In this document: positions 9,022 to 20,200 of the stretch, piece after piece | Layout: every line of letters begins with the position of its first letter | Numbering within the stretch: position 1 is the first letter of the stretch | Source: a virus | Length of the DNA: 64,000 nucleotides | Strand: one strand, 5' to 3' | IMG/VR virus record: IMGVR_UViG_3300023202_000163 | Span: 14,117 to 78,116 of that record | Notes under the pieces: generated by a model | Seen by the model: the letters and a program-made list of their open reading frames with translations, nothing else | What the model was told of the DNA's origin: nothing | Database searches by the model: none | Translations under genes and position numbers: made by a program

Positions 9022-9618
9022 ATGTCAAAAAAATCAAACAATTCCGATATATTAGACCTTTTGCACAGAACTTCGAACATGACGCCCTCTGAGGTACAAA
9101 AAACTATAGATAGTTTAGCGGACATGGGAATAGAGCCCCTGGACGAGACTTTAACACGCCCCGGAATAACTTGCCCATTTACTGATACACAGCTTGTAGT
9201 ACCCTGCTCTATGGAGAAATGTTCCTTTTATATAAAAAATGTGTGGTCTAAAAACTGTCTTTTACAGTATATGGACAATCAGAACGCAGATTCGCTTTCT
9301 GTCGAAGAAATTGCATTTTTATACGAAACTAATACAAAAACTGTGGAAAACTCTATAAAAAATTCTATGGAACATCTAAAGGAAGGGTCAGAGGAATCCT
9401 TGGGGATCTCAGGAGATTTTGTAAAAAAAGAAAAAATAACATTTAAAATTAATACATCTTTTAAAGAGACAGAAATTAATTCCCATGCCTTATCTCCTCC
9501 TTTTATAGAAAACTTAAATAGTCGGCTAATTAGAATAATTCCAGACGAAGAGGTTGTAAAGCACCCCGCAGCTCGATTCTTAGCGGCTTTGGATGTAATT
9601 ATATCGGAACTTGAGTAA
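9022..9618 (+). CDS. Cys-rich protein with sigma-region-4-like HTH, putative transcription factor
   Basis: CPF...C..EKC...NC cluster followed by LSVEEIAFLYETNTKTVENSIKNSMEHLK; GAGG RBS. Confidence 0.55.
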   Translation: MSKKSNNSDILDLLHRTSNMTPSEVQKTIDSLADMGIEPLDETLTRPGITCPFTDTQLVVPCSMEKCSFYIKNVWSKNCLLQYMDNQNADSLSVEEIAFLYETNTKTVENSIKNSMEHLKEGSEESLGISGDFVKKEKITFKINTSFKETEINSHALSPPFIENLNSRLIRIIPDEEVVKHPAARFLAALDVIISELE

Positions 9619-9619
9619 A

Positions 9620-9634
9620 ATTTAGGTATTATAT
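9620..9634 (+). promoter_or_regulatory. Candidate phage late promoter (variant copy)
   Basis: ATTTAGGTATTATAT, close to the element at 27131 and 58980, upstream of the operon leading to TerL and portal. Confidence 0.45.
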
Positions 9635-9674
9635 ACATATAGGACTAACGCTATCCGCGCGGGAGAAATATACT

Positions 9675-10478
9675 ATGAGTTCAATTCCAGAATCTAGCCA
9701 AAGCCGAGAACATCGCATGTTAGCAAGACTGCGAGGTAAGATGCAAAGTAAAGTAGGCCACCGTGCTGATCTATACCTTGGAGACTACAGAGCTATAAAT
9801 AACGCAACGGCTCAGTTACTTATAGGCTACGACAGCCGTTTTGGATCCCCCTCAGGAAACGACCTTTCCGAGTTTATGGTTAAAAGCTTCTCCGGGCAGG
9901 TGGTTCCACAAATGGCTACAGCAAAAGTTCACAAAGATATAGAAGCTGTCTCTATCGTAGCAGAACTGTACAGACCGACTAGAAGACTCGAAGATTCCAG
10001 ATCTATGGTCACCATAGCCTCTACTTTGTACGTAGATAGCGATATGGGGGAAACCTGGGAAGTAATGGGCGATGAAGATACAAAATATTTAGCTCGTGTA
10101 ATGAAAGACGATATTTCTGCTATCTTACAAGAAAGAAGAAATAGAATGCAATCTCAATTTTCTGGAAAAGTTACACTGGCTAATGCTCTATCCGCAGGTA
10201 TAAATCAAGTAGATCAAGGTGCGTTGGTTCGTTTTTACTGGAATGGTAATATTCTTCAAGGAGAAGTAACTCAGGTCCAAGAGCATGGCGTTAAAATTAA
10301 TGCTGACGATGGGGGTTCTTTTACCGTACCTAGAGAATCTGTTACTGAGGTTTTGCGTTACGGGGATAAAACCGAAAGTAATTTAAAAAATACCCTAAGC
10401 CAATATTTTGCAGATGCCTACGGATTTGAAGATTACGGCCAACAAATTGCGAGAGATTTAAACGGAAAGTTTAGATAA
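9675..10478 (+). CDS. Hypothetical protein, probably virion-associated
   Basis: 267-aa ORF, GGGAG RBS, first gene of the packaging operon. Confidence 0.75.
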   Translation: MSSIPESSQSREHRMLARLRGKMQSKVGHRADLYLGDYRAINNATAQLLIGYDSRFGSPSGNDLSEFMVKSFSGQVVPQMATAKVHKDIEAVSIVAELYRPTRRLEDSRSMVTIASTLYVDSDMGETWEVMGDEDTKYLARVMKDDISAILQERRNRMQSQFSGKVTLANALSAGINQVDQGALVRFYWNGNILQGEVTQVQEHGVKINADDGGSFTVPRESVTEVLRYGDKTESNLKNTLSQYFADAYGFEDYGQQIARDLNGKFR

Positions 10479-10501
10479 AACTACGTTGGGAAGTATTAAA
10501 C

Positions 10502-11017
10502 ATGCCCAAACGTGCTTTACCAAAACCCCCAAGGATACCAAAAACAGATCCGATTGAGAGACCTCCACAGTTAAATGCGCCGGACGAAGTGTCCCGGCCT
10601 AAGCCCTTAGATAGGGCGGAACTTCGTCTGTCCAGAAGGCCTAAAAGAGACGACTCTCTTCGTGGTCAGCCTGGAGGTCCTTTCATCTCTCCTTATATGC
10701 ACAAACAAAGACAAGACCCCTCTCGACAAAATCGAGAGGATAGTGAACAGTTTCGCGAATTGCAGGAACTAAATAAACAAAAAAAAGAAATCGATGATAA
10801 AATAAACGAAATAAGAAATAGAGATACTCGGATAAACCCTTATAATGTGAACAAACATGTTTCAGAGACTGTCAACTCTATTATAGCAGATTTGCGGAAT
10901 ATGGAGCAAGCTCCATGGAGTGGAAATCTAGACGGTTTTTACGAATATTCTCCTTTACATAGTTTATTTAAAAATCAATTTAGCATATCTGAAGAAGAAA
11001 ATGAAGAAGAAAAATAA
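10502..11017 (+). CDS. Hypothetical Pro/Arg-rich protein with short coiled coil
   Basis: 171-aa ORF in operon. Confidence 0.7.
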   Translation: MPKRALPKPPRIPKTDPIERPPQLNAPDEVSRPKPLDRAELRLSRRPKRDDSLRGQPGGPFISPYMHKQRQDPSRQNREDSEQFRELQELNKQKKEIDDKINEIRNRDTRINPYNVNKHVSETVNSIIADLRNMEQAPWSGNLDGFYEYSPLHSLFKNQFSISEEENEEEK

Positions 11018-11042
11018 AGTGGATGTACAGACAAGGAAATAG

Positions 11043-11390
11043 ATGAGCTATTTTTTAACTATAGATGATTTAAATTCAGGACGTAAAGTACTATTGGGGG
11101 GAAGGATCGTTACTCCTATAGGCATGTACGGAGATATGGTAAAAATAGCAGAAGATGGGAAATGGCACCCTCATTTATCGCTGAAACCATTGACTGAAGA
11201 ACAGTTCCATGAAGCAGAACTCGAAAAGATGTCCGAGGCTGTTTCTGGCCTTCCTATAGTAAAGGCAAAAGCAAAAGGCAGAGGGTTTGAGTTTATATTG
11301 GAAGACAATACTCGTGTAGGGTTAATGTATTCTACCGAACAGGGTATAGAGTTATTTGTCTATGACTCAGAAGGTAAAAGGATTATATAA
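11043..11390 (+). CDS. Hypothetical protein
   Basis: 115-aa ORF, AAGGA RBS, stop overlaps next start. Confidence 0.75.
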   Translation: MSYFLTIDDLNSGRKVLLGGRIVTPIGMYGDMVKIAEDGKWHPHLSLKPLTEEQFHEAELEKMSEAVSGLPIVKAKAKGRGFEFILEDNTRVGLMYSTEQGIELFVYDSEGKRII

Positions 11391-12034
11391 TGCCAGTCCC
11401 CAAGAAAATGCATAAAAAGAAAAAAAGTATAGACGAGGCTTCTGAAGCCCTATTAAAAGAACTATCCTCTAACGGGGATTACGCAGAAGAAAGAGAAGAA
11501 AAGAAAGACGATCCTTTTGTTGATGAAGAAGGGGATTTACTGGTAGTGCCTACTATGGAGAGTCTTTCTGAATTGGTAGAGCATGAGGGGTCCGCTAATA
11601 ACGTTCCTGTAGTGGAGATACTTAGAAGAAACTTAAGAGTAACTCTACGTGCTATAGAGATGGCGGAACTCGCTTATCATATAACCCCCAAGCAAGGAAC
11701 GGCAACTGCCCTCACGCAAATGCAAAATATGGCAAAAGAATTGATGAAATCGATGGAAGATCATCAAGATCCGGAAGCTTTTGCAAATGAACTTTGTGAG
11801 ACTATATTAAAACCCATGTGCATGACTTTCGTTAAAACGTTAACCACAGAAATTGATAGAAAAAGAGCATCTCTAATGTCTATAATAGATGCTGAACGGG
11901 CGGGAGTTGTGCGTCATGAGTTATCTGACCTTCTACAGGGAACTTCTAAGGGCTTAGATGAAGGTTATGAAGATGCCAGAAGACGGTTATATGAGATTCT
12001 TTCTGGAAAGCGAGATAAAAAAGGCAAGAAATAA
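11390..12034 (+). CDS. Putative terminase small subunit
   Basis: Helical 214-aa protein directly upstream of TerL; positional inference only. Confidence 0.4.
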   Translation: MPVPKKMHKKKKSIDEASEALLKELSSNGDYAEEREEKKDDPFVDEEGDLLVVPTMESLSELVEHEGSANNVPVVEILRRNLRVTLRAIEMAELAYHITPKQGTATALTQMQNMAKELMKSMEDHQDPEAFANELCETILKPMCMTFVKTLTTEIDRKRASLMSIIDAERAGVVRHELSDLLQGTSKGLDEGYEDARRRLYEILSGKRDKKGKK

Positions 12035-15000
12035 ATGGCAGAGGAATGGTCTCCATCAAGCCTAATAAGCAAAGCATTAGCTTCCGATATGGACCCTGGT
12101 GTTTTTTCTGTTCTAAACGAAGACGATATACCCAAAGCCAAAAATTTTGCTGAATTTTGTCTAGGGAAAAAATTTCTCAATGTTGTACCCTACCCGAGAC
12201 AGTTACAAATTGGTTTAGGTTTGTTCGAGGACCATTGTCCTTCTTGTACTAATCCTGATTGGGTACACGGAGAAGAGAAAACCTTAGATCTATTCGATCA
12301 GCCCATTTCAGAGATACTAGATAACGTTCAGTTTCTAGAATTCGGTAAATGCCCTAAATGTGGCTCTAATAGGAATGACTTTGTAAAAAAAGGTTACTTT
12401 CATAACCCAACGGAGTTAGCGGCCTGTTGCGGGCAGAGGTGTGTGACCGGGGAAACACTCGTCTTAACGGATAGGGGATTGGCAAGGATAGACGAATTTG
12501 TTAATAAAGCCCTGCCGAAACTTTCTGATCGCTCTGGTAATTTGCAAGAAACTACTAAATTTTTTAATGTTGCTCCCGAATATACCTATAGGGTTAATTT
12601 TTCTAATGGTACTTATATTGAAGGGACAAAAGATCATCCAATACTAACTAATAGAGGTTTTGTAAAACTTTCTGATATTAAACAAGGAGACGAGATACCT
12701 ATTAGTTTTGGTCAAAATATCTGGGGAAACAAAATAGCTTCTTATGACGACATTCATATCACCTTTGAAAAAGAATTTGAAGAATGGAGAATGAAAACTA
12801 ATTTTTGGAAAGTTAAAAACCACGATATTCCTAGAGGAAAACTTTCTCTAGAAGATGCTATGTTTTTAGGTTATTGGGTTTCTGAAGGAAGTGCTGGAGC
12901 TGTCATAACTAATAAAAACCCTAAAATACGAGACTTATGCATCAAAGTTTTAAATAGTTGGTTCTCTACGGATTTATACTATCATAATTTGTCTTTTGGT
13001 TTGCGCACAGAGAAAGCAAAATTATGGATGAGCACGTTATTAGGTTACGCCTCAACGGGAACAAGTGTAGATAAAAAAATTCCAGCAGTAATTAAACAAG
13101 CTCCTAGAGAATATGTAATTGCTTTTTTATCTGCGTTATATGATGGAGACGGGAACGTCGGTAAATCTATTGACTATGACACTATTTCTCCTACTTTGGC
13201 TATGGAAATCTTTTCTTTATTATCCAACCTTGGAATACCCTCAAAGATATATACTTCTTATAAATCCGCCACTAATGGAACAAATAACCAGATACCGGTT
13301 CTCTCCTATAGAGTTGTAATAGAAGGACCTGCTGTACAGAAATTTCAAGAAATTATTGGTTTCAACATAGATTATAAAATAGAGAAAACAAAAAAACTAA
13401 TAGAGGCTCATAATAATAAAAAGCTAAATATGCCTTATTGGTATGAAAAAGCCCCCTTTTCAAAGAAGCTTGAATTTATAAAGTTGGTTAAAAAAATTCA
13501 GAAATGTTTGCATGAAAATGTTCAACCTTTATCCCATAAAGCAAGAGTTTTTGGACTTCGGAGTGCATTGGGTAGGAAAGGTGTTGATCTATTTAAAAGG
13601 ATGAAGGCGGAAAATGTAGCTTTGTCTAAAACTAAGATAAAAGATATATTGTATCCTCTATTGCGTTATAAATATGCATTTACTGAAGATATTATTAAAG
13701 AAATTGAGGATTTCTTGGCATACGCCGAATCTAATGACGCTTATGCGACAGTAAAGTCTATAGTAAAAAGTGACAGCCAAAAACCCACTTATGATTTCCA
13801 TGTTCCTGGAAAACATGAATTCTGGAGTAACGGAGTAACTTCTCACAATAGCGGAAAAAGCGCCGTAACCGCTATGATCGCTGCTTATGTGTTACATCGC
13901 TACTTGTCTATACCCGATCCTATTAATTACCTTAGTTTGCTTTCCTCATCTCAACTTTATATGAGTATGACTGCTATTTCCGCTGGTCAGGCGGAGGCCT
14001 CTTTATGGGCCCCTTTTCGAGAATATGTAGACGCAGCACCCTGGTTTAAAGATTATCATCAATTGTTGCAAGATGCAGGAGAAAGATTAGGGACAGAACT
14101 TTTACATAGACCTAGAACGTTTTTGGTCTATAAACATAAAAGAATTGTTTGCATGTACGAAGCGCCCAACAAAAGACGCCTCCGTGGTAAGACTAGAATT
14201 TTTTGTGTATCTGGAGATACGCAAGTAACAACTAATTTAGGTAGTTTCAGAATAGAAGATTTATTTGCTCCTGTTCAATCTAACTTGGATCGTATCGATA
14301 AAGTAAAAGATTTAACAGTAGCCTCTCCCGCTGGTTTCGAGAAAGCTACACATTTACTCCAGTATAAAAATGTTCCTGGAGTAAAAATAGAAGGCGAAGA
14401 TGGAACACAGCTAACAGGAACACCTGTACATCCTGTTTATATCTACAACCCTATAAATGGTTTTGAGATGAAAAAACTAGGAGATATAAGGCCAGACTTA
14501 GATTATCTTGTATTACAGCCCCCAAAATACGATGCGTTCCCTACCGAAATACCTTTATTTAATTATAAATATAACCGAAACAGAGGAGGCGGGGAAAGGT
14601 CTCCGGCCCAGTTAGACGTTATGGATAGTAGAACGCATTCTATCTTCCCTTCCATGCTAACAACAGAATTAGCAGAGCTTATGGGTTTTTTGTGGGCGGA
14701 GGGCTCCCTTACAAAAAATTACAGAAAAAATAGAAAATGTTATACATATAGATTGAGATTTACGTCCAGTGATGTGTATTGCATTGAAAGATATAAAAAA
14801 TTATTCCTTTCTTGCTTCGGTGTGGAACCTAAATTCGCTAAAGCTGCTGGAGAATCTTGGAATTTAGATAATCAAAGTGCCTCTATATGTCAATTTATGA
14901 ATTATCTAGGGTACGAATATGAAGGTTGTCGTGTCAAAGATGTCCCCTGGCCCATACGAAAAGCCCCTAAAGAGATGGCTGTAGCCTTCTTACGAAGCTT

Positions 15001-16867
15001 TTTTGATGGGGATGGTATGGCGACCGCTACACAAGTAAGTTGCGACCTAAGTGCCCCTAAACTAGCAGAAGGGATTAAATTACTTCTATTCAACTTAGGA
15101 ATTTTGTCTAGAATTTGCAGATACACAAGAAAAGGAAAAAATTACTACAAAGTAAGCATGTATGGTAAAAATAGAATGCTCTTCTTTGAAAAAATAGGTT
15201 TTGGTCTAGAAAGAAAACATAAATTTTCTGAGATAATTACATCTGAATATTCTTCTAAAAACGAGATGTTACCTATCGATGTAACTAATTTAAGTAATAG
15301 TATAGAAAATAAAAACAAACGTATATGGAAAACTTGGAAAAATGAAAAAATAGAATTACCGGCAGGGTGTCTGGTAGAAATGCATACATTAATGAGAGCT
15401 GTTGATGATAGATTTGATGAGCCTGAAAAAAGAATGAAAACAGTTAACCCCAGAAAATTATCCTCTGATTTTATGAAAAATTTAAAATGTATTGATGAAA
15501 AATTATATGATATTTTGGAGAAAGCCAGGGATGGTTTGTATTTTTCTAAAGTTAAATCTAAAAAAGACGTTGGTAATATTAACGTATACGATTTTACTAT
15601 TCAACCCTCTCATTTATTTATGGCTAACGGGTTGGTCAATGGAAATTCAAGCGTCGATGAATTGGGCTGGCTAGAGGCAGACGCTTCCAAACAATCTGTT
15701 ACTTTGTCCGCAGACGAAATTTCTGCTGCTTTGGATAATTCTCTCCGTACTGTAAGAAGTGCTGCACAATTAAAAAGAAAACAAGGTCTTTATAATTCTG
15801 TAGATGCTTACGCATGTAATATATCAAGTCCTTCAGAAAAAGACGATAAAATGATGCGCAATGTACGAGCTGCCCGCACTAATAGAAATATATACGCTTG
15901 TCATTATCCTACGTGGGAAGCCAATCCGACAATTACAAGGGAGAGTTTACAATCAGAATTTGACAAAAGTAGGATGGTAGCCGAGAGAGATTTTGGGGCT
16001 GTTCCTCCTCTGGCCAACGATCCTTTTATCGATAATCCAAACTGTATAGATTTAATGATAGATCCAAAACATGCTCATAATTTGATACAGGTTAAAATAA
16101 ATTACCACACAGACGACTTCGGTAATAAAACTAAATACGCTTCCGTTAATATTCCTCAAATAGACAAGAGAAAACCTAGAATGTTATTAGTAGACGCGGG
16201 AGAAAAAAGAAATCATTTCGCTGTAATGCTTATGACGTGGGATTCTCAAAGAAACCGACCAAGAGTAGATTACGTTTTCGATGTATCGCCAGAAGAGGGC
16301 ATTCCCATAAATTTTGCCTTGATGTGGGAGCACTGTTTTCAGCCTCTTATTAGGGGATTACTAATAAAGCACATGTTTTCCGATACTTGGAACTCCACTG
16401 ACCTAGTACAGAATTTAAGACAAGCTAAAGTTATGTCCGAGCAGTATTCTCTAAAATTTCAAGATTTTGTGGAAATAGCCTCCAGACTTTCTTCTGGCGA
16501 GCTTATATTACCCAAACCAGAGCTTCCTGTGGAGGATCTTAGACTTACGTATGAAAACCCAATAGAATTTGTCCAAGGAAAACCTATATTAACATTAATT
16601 CTACAGATGTTAACCGTAAGGCAAGTAGGTAGAAGAATTACTAAACCTATTAATGGAGAGGATGATATGTTTAGGGCGTTGTGTCTGGGAATGTATCATA
16701 TAGTCCAGCCTCAATATAAAAAATTGTACGCTGTTGATGCAGCCGGAGGCGCGGGAGGAAATCTTGGGGTTATTTTATCAAAGAGCGCAGGATCTGCTGG
16801 GTTAGATGGTAGAAAAACTACCCCAGGGGCTAGAATTGCTACAAAAAGAGGCTACAGGGCCAGATAG
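12035..16867 (+). CDS. terL: Terminase large subunit with two inteins (about 659 aa after splicing)
   Basis: Spliced Walker A GQR|SGKS, LRGKTRIF|SSVDELG Walker B, ISSP coupling motif, PTWEANP, nuclease LLVDAG and DDMFRA. Confidence 0.92.
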   Translation: MAEEWSPSSLISKALASDMDPGVFSVLNEDDIPKAKNFAEFCLGKKFLNVVPYPRQLQIGLGLFEDHCPSCTNPDWVHGEEKTLDLFDQPISEILDNVQFLEFGKCPKCGSNRNDFVKKGYFHNPTELAACCGQRCVTGETLVLTDRGLARIDEFVNKALPKLSDRSGNLQETTKFFNVAPEYTYRVNFSNGTYIEGTKDHPILTNRGFVKLSDIKQGDEIPISFGQNIWGNKIASYDDIHITFEKEFEEWRMKTNFWKVKNHDIPRGKLSLEDAMFLGYWVSEGSAGAVITNKNPKIRDLCIKVLNSWFSTDLYYHNLSFGLRTEKAKLWMSTLLGYASTGTSVDKKIPAVIKQAPREYVIAFLSALYDGDGNVGKSIDYDTISPTLAMEIFSLLSNLGIPSKIYTSYKSATNGTNNQIPVLSYRVVIEGPAVQKFQEIIGFNIDYKIEKTKKLIEAHNNKKLNMPYWYEKAPFSKKLEFIKLVKKIQKCLHENVQPLSHKARVFGLRSALGRKGVDLFKRMKAENVALSKTKIKDILYPLLRYKYAFTEDIIKEIEDFLAYAESNDAYATVKSIVKSDSQKPTYDFHVPGKHEFWSNGVTSHNSGKSAVTAMIAAYVLHRYLSIPDPINYLSLLSSSQLYMSMTAISAGQAEASLWAPFREYVDAAPWFKDYHQLLQDAGERLGTELLHRPRTFLVYKHKRIVCMYEAPNKRRLRGKTRIFCVSGDTQVTTNLGSFRIEDLFAPVQSNLDRIDKVKDLTVASPAGFEKATHLLQYKNVPGVKIEGEDGTQLTGTPVHPVYIYNPINGFEMKKLGDIRPDLDYLVLQPPKYDAFPTEIPLFNYKYNRNRGGGERSPAQLDVMDSRTHSIFPSMLTTELAELMGFLWAEGSLTKNYRKNRKCYTYRLRFTSSDVYCIERYKKLFLSCFGVEPKFAKAAGESWNLDNQSASICQFMNYLGYEYEGCRVKDVPWPIRKAPKEMAVAFLRSFFDGDGMATATQVSCDLSAPKLAEGIKLLLFNLGILSRICRYTRKGKNYYKVSMYGKNRMLFFEKIGFGLERKHKFSEIITSEYSSKNEMLPIDVTNLSNSIENKNKRIWKTWKNEKIELPAGCLVEMHTLMRAVDDRFDEPEKRMKTVNPRKLSSDFMKNLKCIDEKLYDILEKARDGLYFSKVKSKKDVGNINVYDFTIQPSHLFMANGLVNGNSSVDELGWLEADASKQSVTLSADEISAALDNSLRTVRSAAQLKRKQGLYNSVDAYACNISSPSEKDDKMMRNVRAARTNRNIYACHYPTWEANPTITRESLQSEFDKSRMVAERDFGAVPPLANDPFIDNPNCIDLMIDPKHAHNLIQVKINYHTDDFGNKTKYASVNIPQIDKRKPRMLLVDAGEKRNHFAVMLMTWDSQRNRPRVDYVFDVSPEEGIPINFALMWEHCFQPLIRGLLIKHMFSDTWNSTDLVQNLRQAKVMSEQYSLKFQDFVEIASRLSSGELILPKPELPVEDLRLTYENPIEFVQGKPILTLILQMLTVRQVGRRITKPINGEDDMFRALCLGMYHIVQPQYKKLYAVDAAGGAGGNLGVILSKSAGSAGLDGRKTTPGARIATKRGYRAR
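12440..13849 (+). mobile_element. TerL intein 1 in Walker A, LAGLIDADG (470 aa)
   Basis: CVTGETLV ... GTKDHPIL ... LGYWVSEG ... LYDGDG ... NGVTSHN then Ser+1. Confidence 0.95.
14204..15646 (+). mobile_element. TerL intein 2 at Walker B, LAGLIDADG (481 aa)
   Basis: CVSGDTQV ... GTPVHPV ... GFLWAEG ... FFDGDG ... NGLVNGN then Ser+1. Confidence 0.93.
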
Positions 16868-16876
16868 GGGATAATT

Positions 16877-17185
16877 ATGAGCACGATTTTAGCAAAAGTA
16901 GTGGAAAGACTAAAGCTATCTGAGGAGATGTCTAGAAAACTTCGAACAACTTCAGAAATTGCTGAAGCTGATACAGAAGAAAAAATAATGGCTGTATTGG
17001 CCGGAATCAAGGAAGGTGAGCAATTTTCAGTAAGAGCAAAACAATTTTTACAAAAACCTGTAGAATACCCACAAAGAGTAGATGAGTGCCCTATTTGTTA
17101 TGCTCATATGCACCCCGTGACTTTGGCCTCTGATAGAGAAGCTTATTTCTGTCCTGTACATAATGTATGTATGCCAGCCCAATAG
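16877..17185 (+). CDS. Small Zn-ribbon protein
   Basis: C-terminal CPIC...FCPVHNVC; lies between TerL and portal. Confidence 0.7.
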   Translation: MSTILAKVVERLKLSEEMSRKLRTTSEIAEADTEEKIMAVLAGIKEGEQFSVRAKQFLQKPVEYPQRVDECPICYAHMHPVTLASDREAYFCPVHNVCMPAQ

Positions 17186-17211
17186 TATAAAGGGTCTAAA
17201 GAAAGTATTAA

Positions 17212-20200
17212 ATGAAGTTTAATTTTGAAAATTCGCATCATTCTAGAAAAAGTGCCTACGGCAGAAGAGATTCTAGGGAAGGTCTGGGGAAAGTTGTACA
17301 GGCCAATATAGGTGGGTCTCGCGGCACCGGCGGTACCGGTGGTGGCGGGGGTGGTGGCTTTCCTGGGAGTGGTTCAGGAAATAATTTGACCTCAGGGGGA
17401 CAATATGATGTCACTAGGTATAACCCTGTACATGACCATCTAGAAATAGGATCATTAATTGAAGACTGGATGCCCCGAGACGCCTCAGGGCTTCATCAGA
17501 TGTGGAGATTAATATATTTAAGAGATGCTATTGTAGGGCCTTCTATAGACCTATACAGCAATCTTCCGTACAGCGAATACAGACTAACAGGTATAGATGA
17601 TCCGGAAATACTTCGCGTATACCAAGATACGATGGAGCGATTGGACATTTCTACAATGATGCCTGAATTAGTTAAAGAGTTCCTAACTATAGGAAAATTT
17701 TGTTCCTCTTTAATTTTTGATAGTAAGCAAGGATCGTTTATTGATTGGACCCACCACGATCCGGACTTTCTTAGGATAGAGCCTATTCCAGTTAGGGGTT
17801 TTGATCCTAAAGTTGATTTGGTGGCATCGCCCGCTTTAAAGAATTTTATTCATTCTATGGATGATAGAGATTTAGCCGTAAAGGAGCAGTTACCTGAAGA
17901 GTATTTGAGAGAACTAGAAAAGCAAGGTACGTACAAATTAAATCCGTTAAGCACTTTGTTCGTACCGAGAAGAGCGTCTCCTTATGATTTTGTAGGTTGT
18001 GTTACTGGTGACACTTTATTGTCCACGGATAAGGGCTTTATCCGTATTTCTGAAATCCCTAATATTTATCCTTCTCGTGGAGATGGCAAACTGGAAGCGG
18101 TTTCAATACAGGTTCCCGCTATTGCTGGGCAGGATACGGCTACGCACTGGGTAGACAAAGGAGAGCAGCCCACTAAAGGGCTTATTACAGAGCATGGATA
18201 TAGACTTACAGGGACATTGGACCACCCCGTGCTAACCCTAGACACCAGAACTTGTCAATCCTGTTGGGTTCCGTTGTCTGAAATTAGTGAGGGCTCTATT
18301 ATTGCTTTGAATAAGAAAGAAATTTGGCCGGATATAGACGTTGTGTTTGAGAGTACTCCTGTACAGCCTTCAGCAAATAACGCCAAAATTCACGTAATCC
18401 CACAGACTATGACACAGGAGCTTGCTTTAATTTTAGGTTATCTAACTTCCGAAGGTTATGTGAGAGAGGATAAAATCTCTTTTTCTAATTCAAACCCAGA
18501 AGTGCTTGAGGATTTCTTGTCTGCTTTCAGGTTATGTTTTCCTACATATGAGCCTTGTGTGGGCAAACCCAGAGAAAATGGACTAAAAGAAATAACGATA
18601 GCAAGCGTGCATATAACGCGCTTTTTGCATAGTCTTGGACTAGCTCCAGTTAGGGCACACCAGAAGGAAATTCCCTGGTCCGTTCTACAATCCACTAAGA
18701 ATAGTATGGCAGCTTATCTGTCTGGACTATTTGAAGGAGATGGGACAACACGAGCAGACGAATGCGGTCTTACGTCTAAATCTGAAGAACTTATTAGACA
18801 AACTCAAGTAGTTCTGTTGAACTTTGGTATACTGTGCAGTATTTCTTCTCCTTTGGAAGGAGTGTGGTTCTTGCGCATGAGCGGCTCACAGTACGACCTG
18901 TTTCACAAGAAAATAGGCTTTAGAAGCTCCGCCAAAACGCACGAGTCTACACGCCGTGGTAGACGACCTAAAGGATTTAATAAACTTCCAGGTCTAGAGG
19001 CTTATGTAAGGAAATTGGTAAAAGACAGGAGAGTGTCTGTTGGTACTTATATAAACGATGAAGGTAATACAGTAAAAGCTTCTGTAAAAACTAAAACATA
19101 TGGTTGGTTTAATACTCGCTCTAACGTGTATAGAGGAATTTCTTGGCTTCGTTCTATTTCGGTATCTGAAGCCAACAAAGTACAGAATTTTGTTGACCAA
19201 ACTTTGCACTGGGAAATGGTTTCCGAAACCTCGGACGAAGGCACACAGCGTGTTTATGATTTAGTTGTGCCCAATTCTCACGCTTTTACGTCAAACGGTA
19301 TTGTTAGTCATAACACAAGTTTTCTTACAAGGATTGTCTCCTTCTGGGCCCTAGAAAAATCTCTAATCGAAAGCACGGTTACCAACGCCAGAAGACGTAC
19401 TCGCTCTATACTTCACGTAAACGCAGGTTTAGAAAATTTGTGGGAACCAACAGAAGAAGAGCTAGAAGCTATTTCTGGACTATTTATTCAAGCGGACGAG
19501 GATCCGGTTGGGGCTGTTGTTACCACCCGCACAGGGGTTGAGACAAGTGAAATACGAGGAGGAGGAGATTTCTGGAAACTTTCAGATGAGTGGGCATTTT
19601 TGACTGAAGGTAAAATGAGAGCACTTGGTATTTCAGATGCGTTCCTTTGTCTGTCAGGAGATACGTATATTCCTACGGTTGACAGAGGTATTGTAAAGAT
19701 TAGAGATTTCTTAGATAAAACTAGAATTAAAAATTTCAAAGAATCTATACCTGTAGACGCTAGAAATATCACTGTAAGCTCACAATACGGTCTTGGCCAT
19801 GTAGATTCTTGGGTTTACAGCGGAAAGAAAAAAGTATACAAGTTAACTACGGATTTTGGTTATGGTCTTAGTGCAACCAAAGAGCACCGTTTTCCAGTTC
19901 TTCGTGATGGGGGCGTTACATGGGAGCCTTTGGAAAATATTCAAAAGAATGACCATGTGATAATACCCACCAACAAATGTGTTAGAAATACTCCGCTATC
20001 CTTGGATAGGAAAATAAAAAGGAGCTGCATAGAAAAAATTCCCAACTCCAAGAAGATAAACTTACCGACTGAAATGACCCCTAGTTTGGCCTTTTTACTA
20101 GGGGGCGTGGTTTCCGAAGGTGTTATTTTCGATAAGCATATAAGATTTACCAACAGCTCTCAAAAATTTATTAAAAGCTTTAATGATAAGGTTAAAGAAG

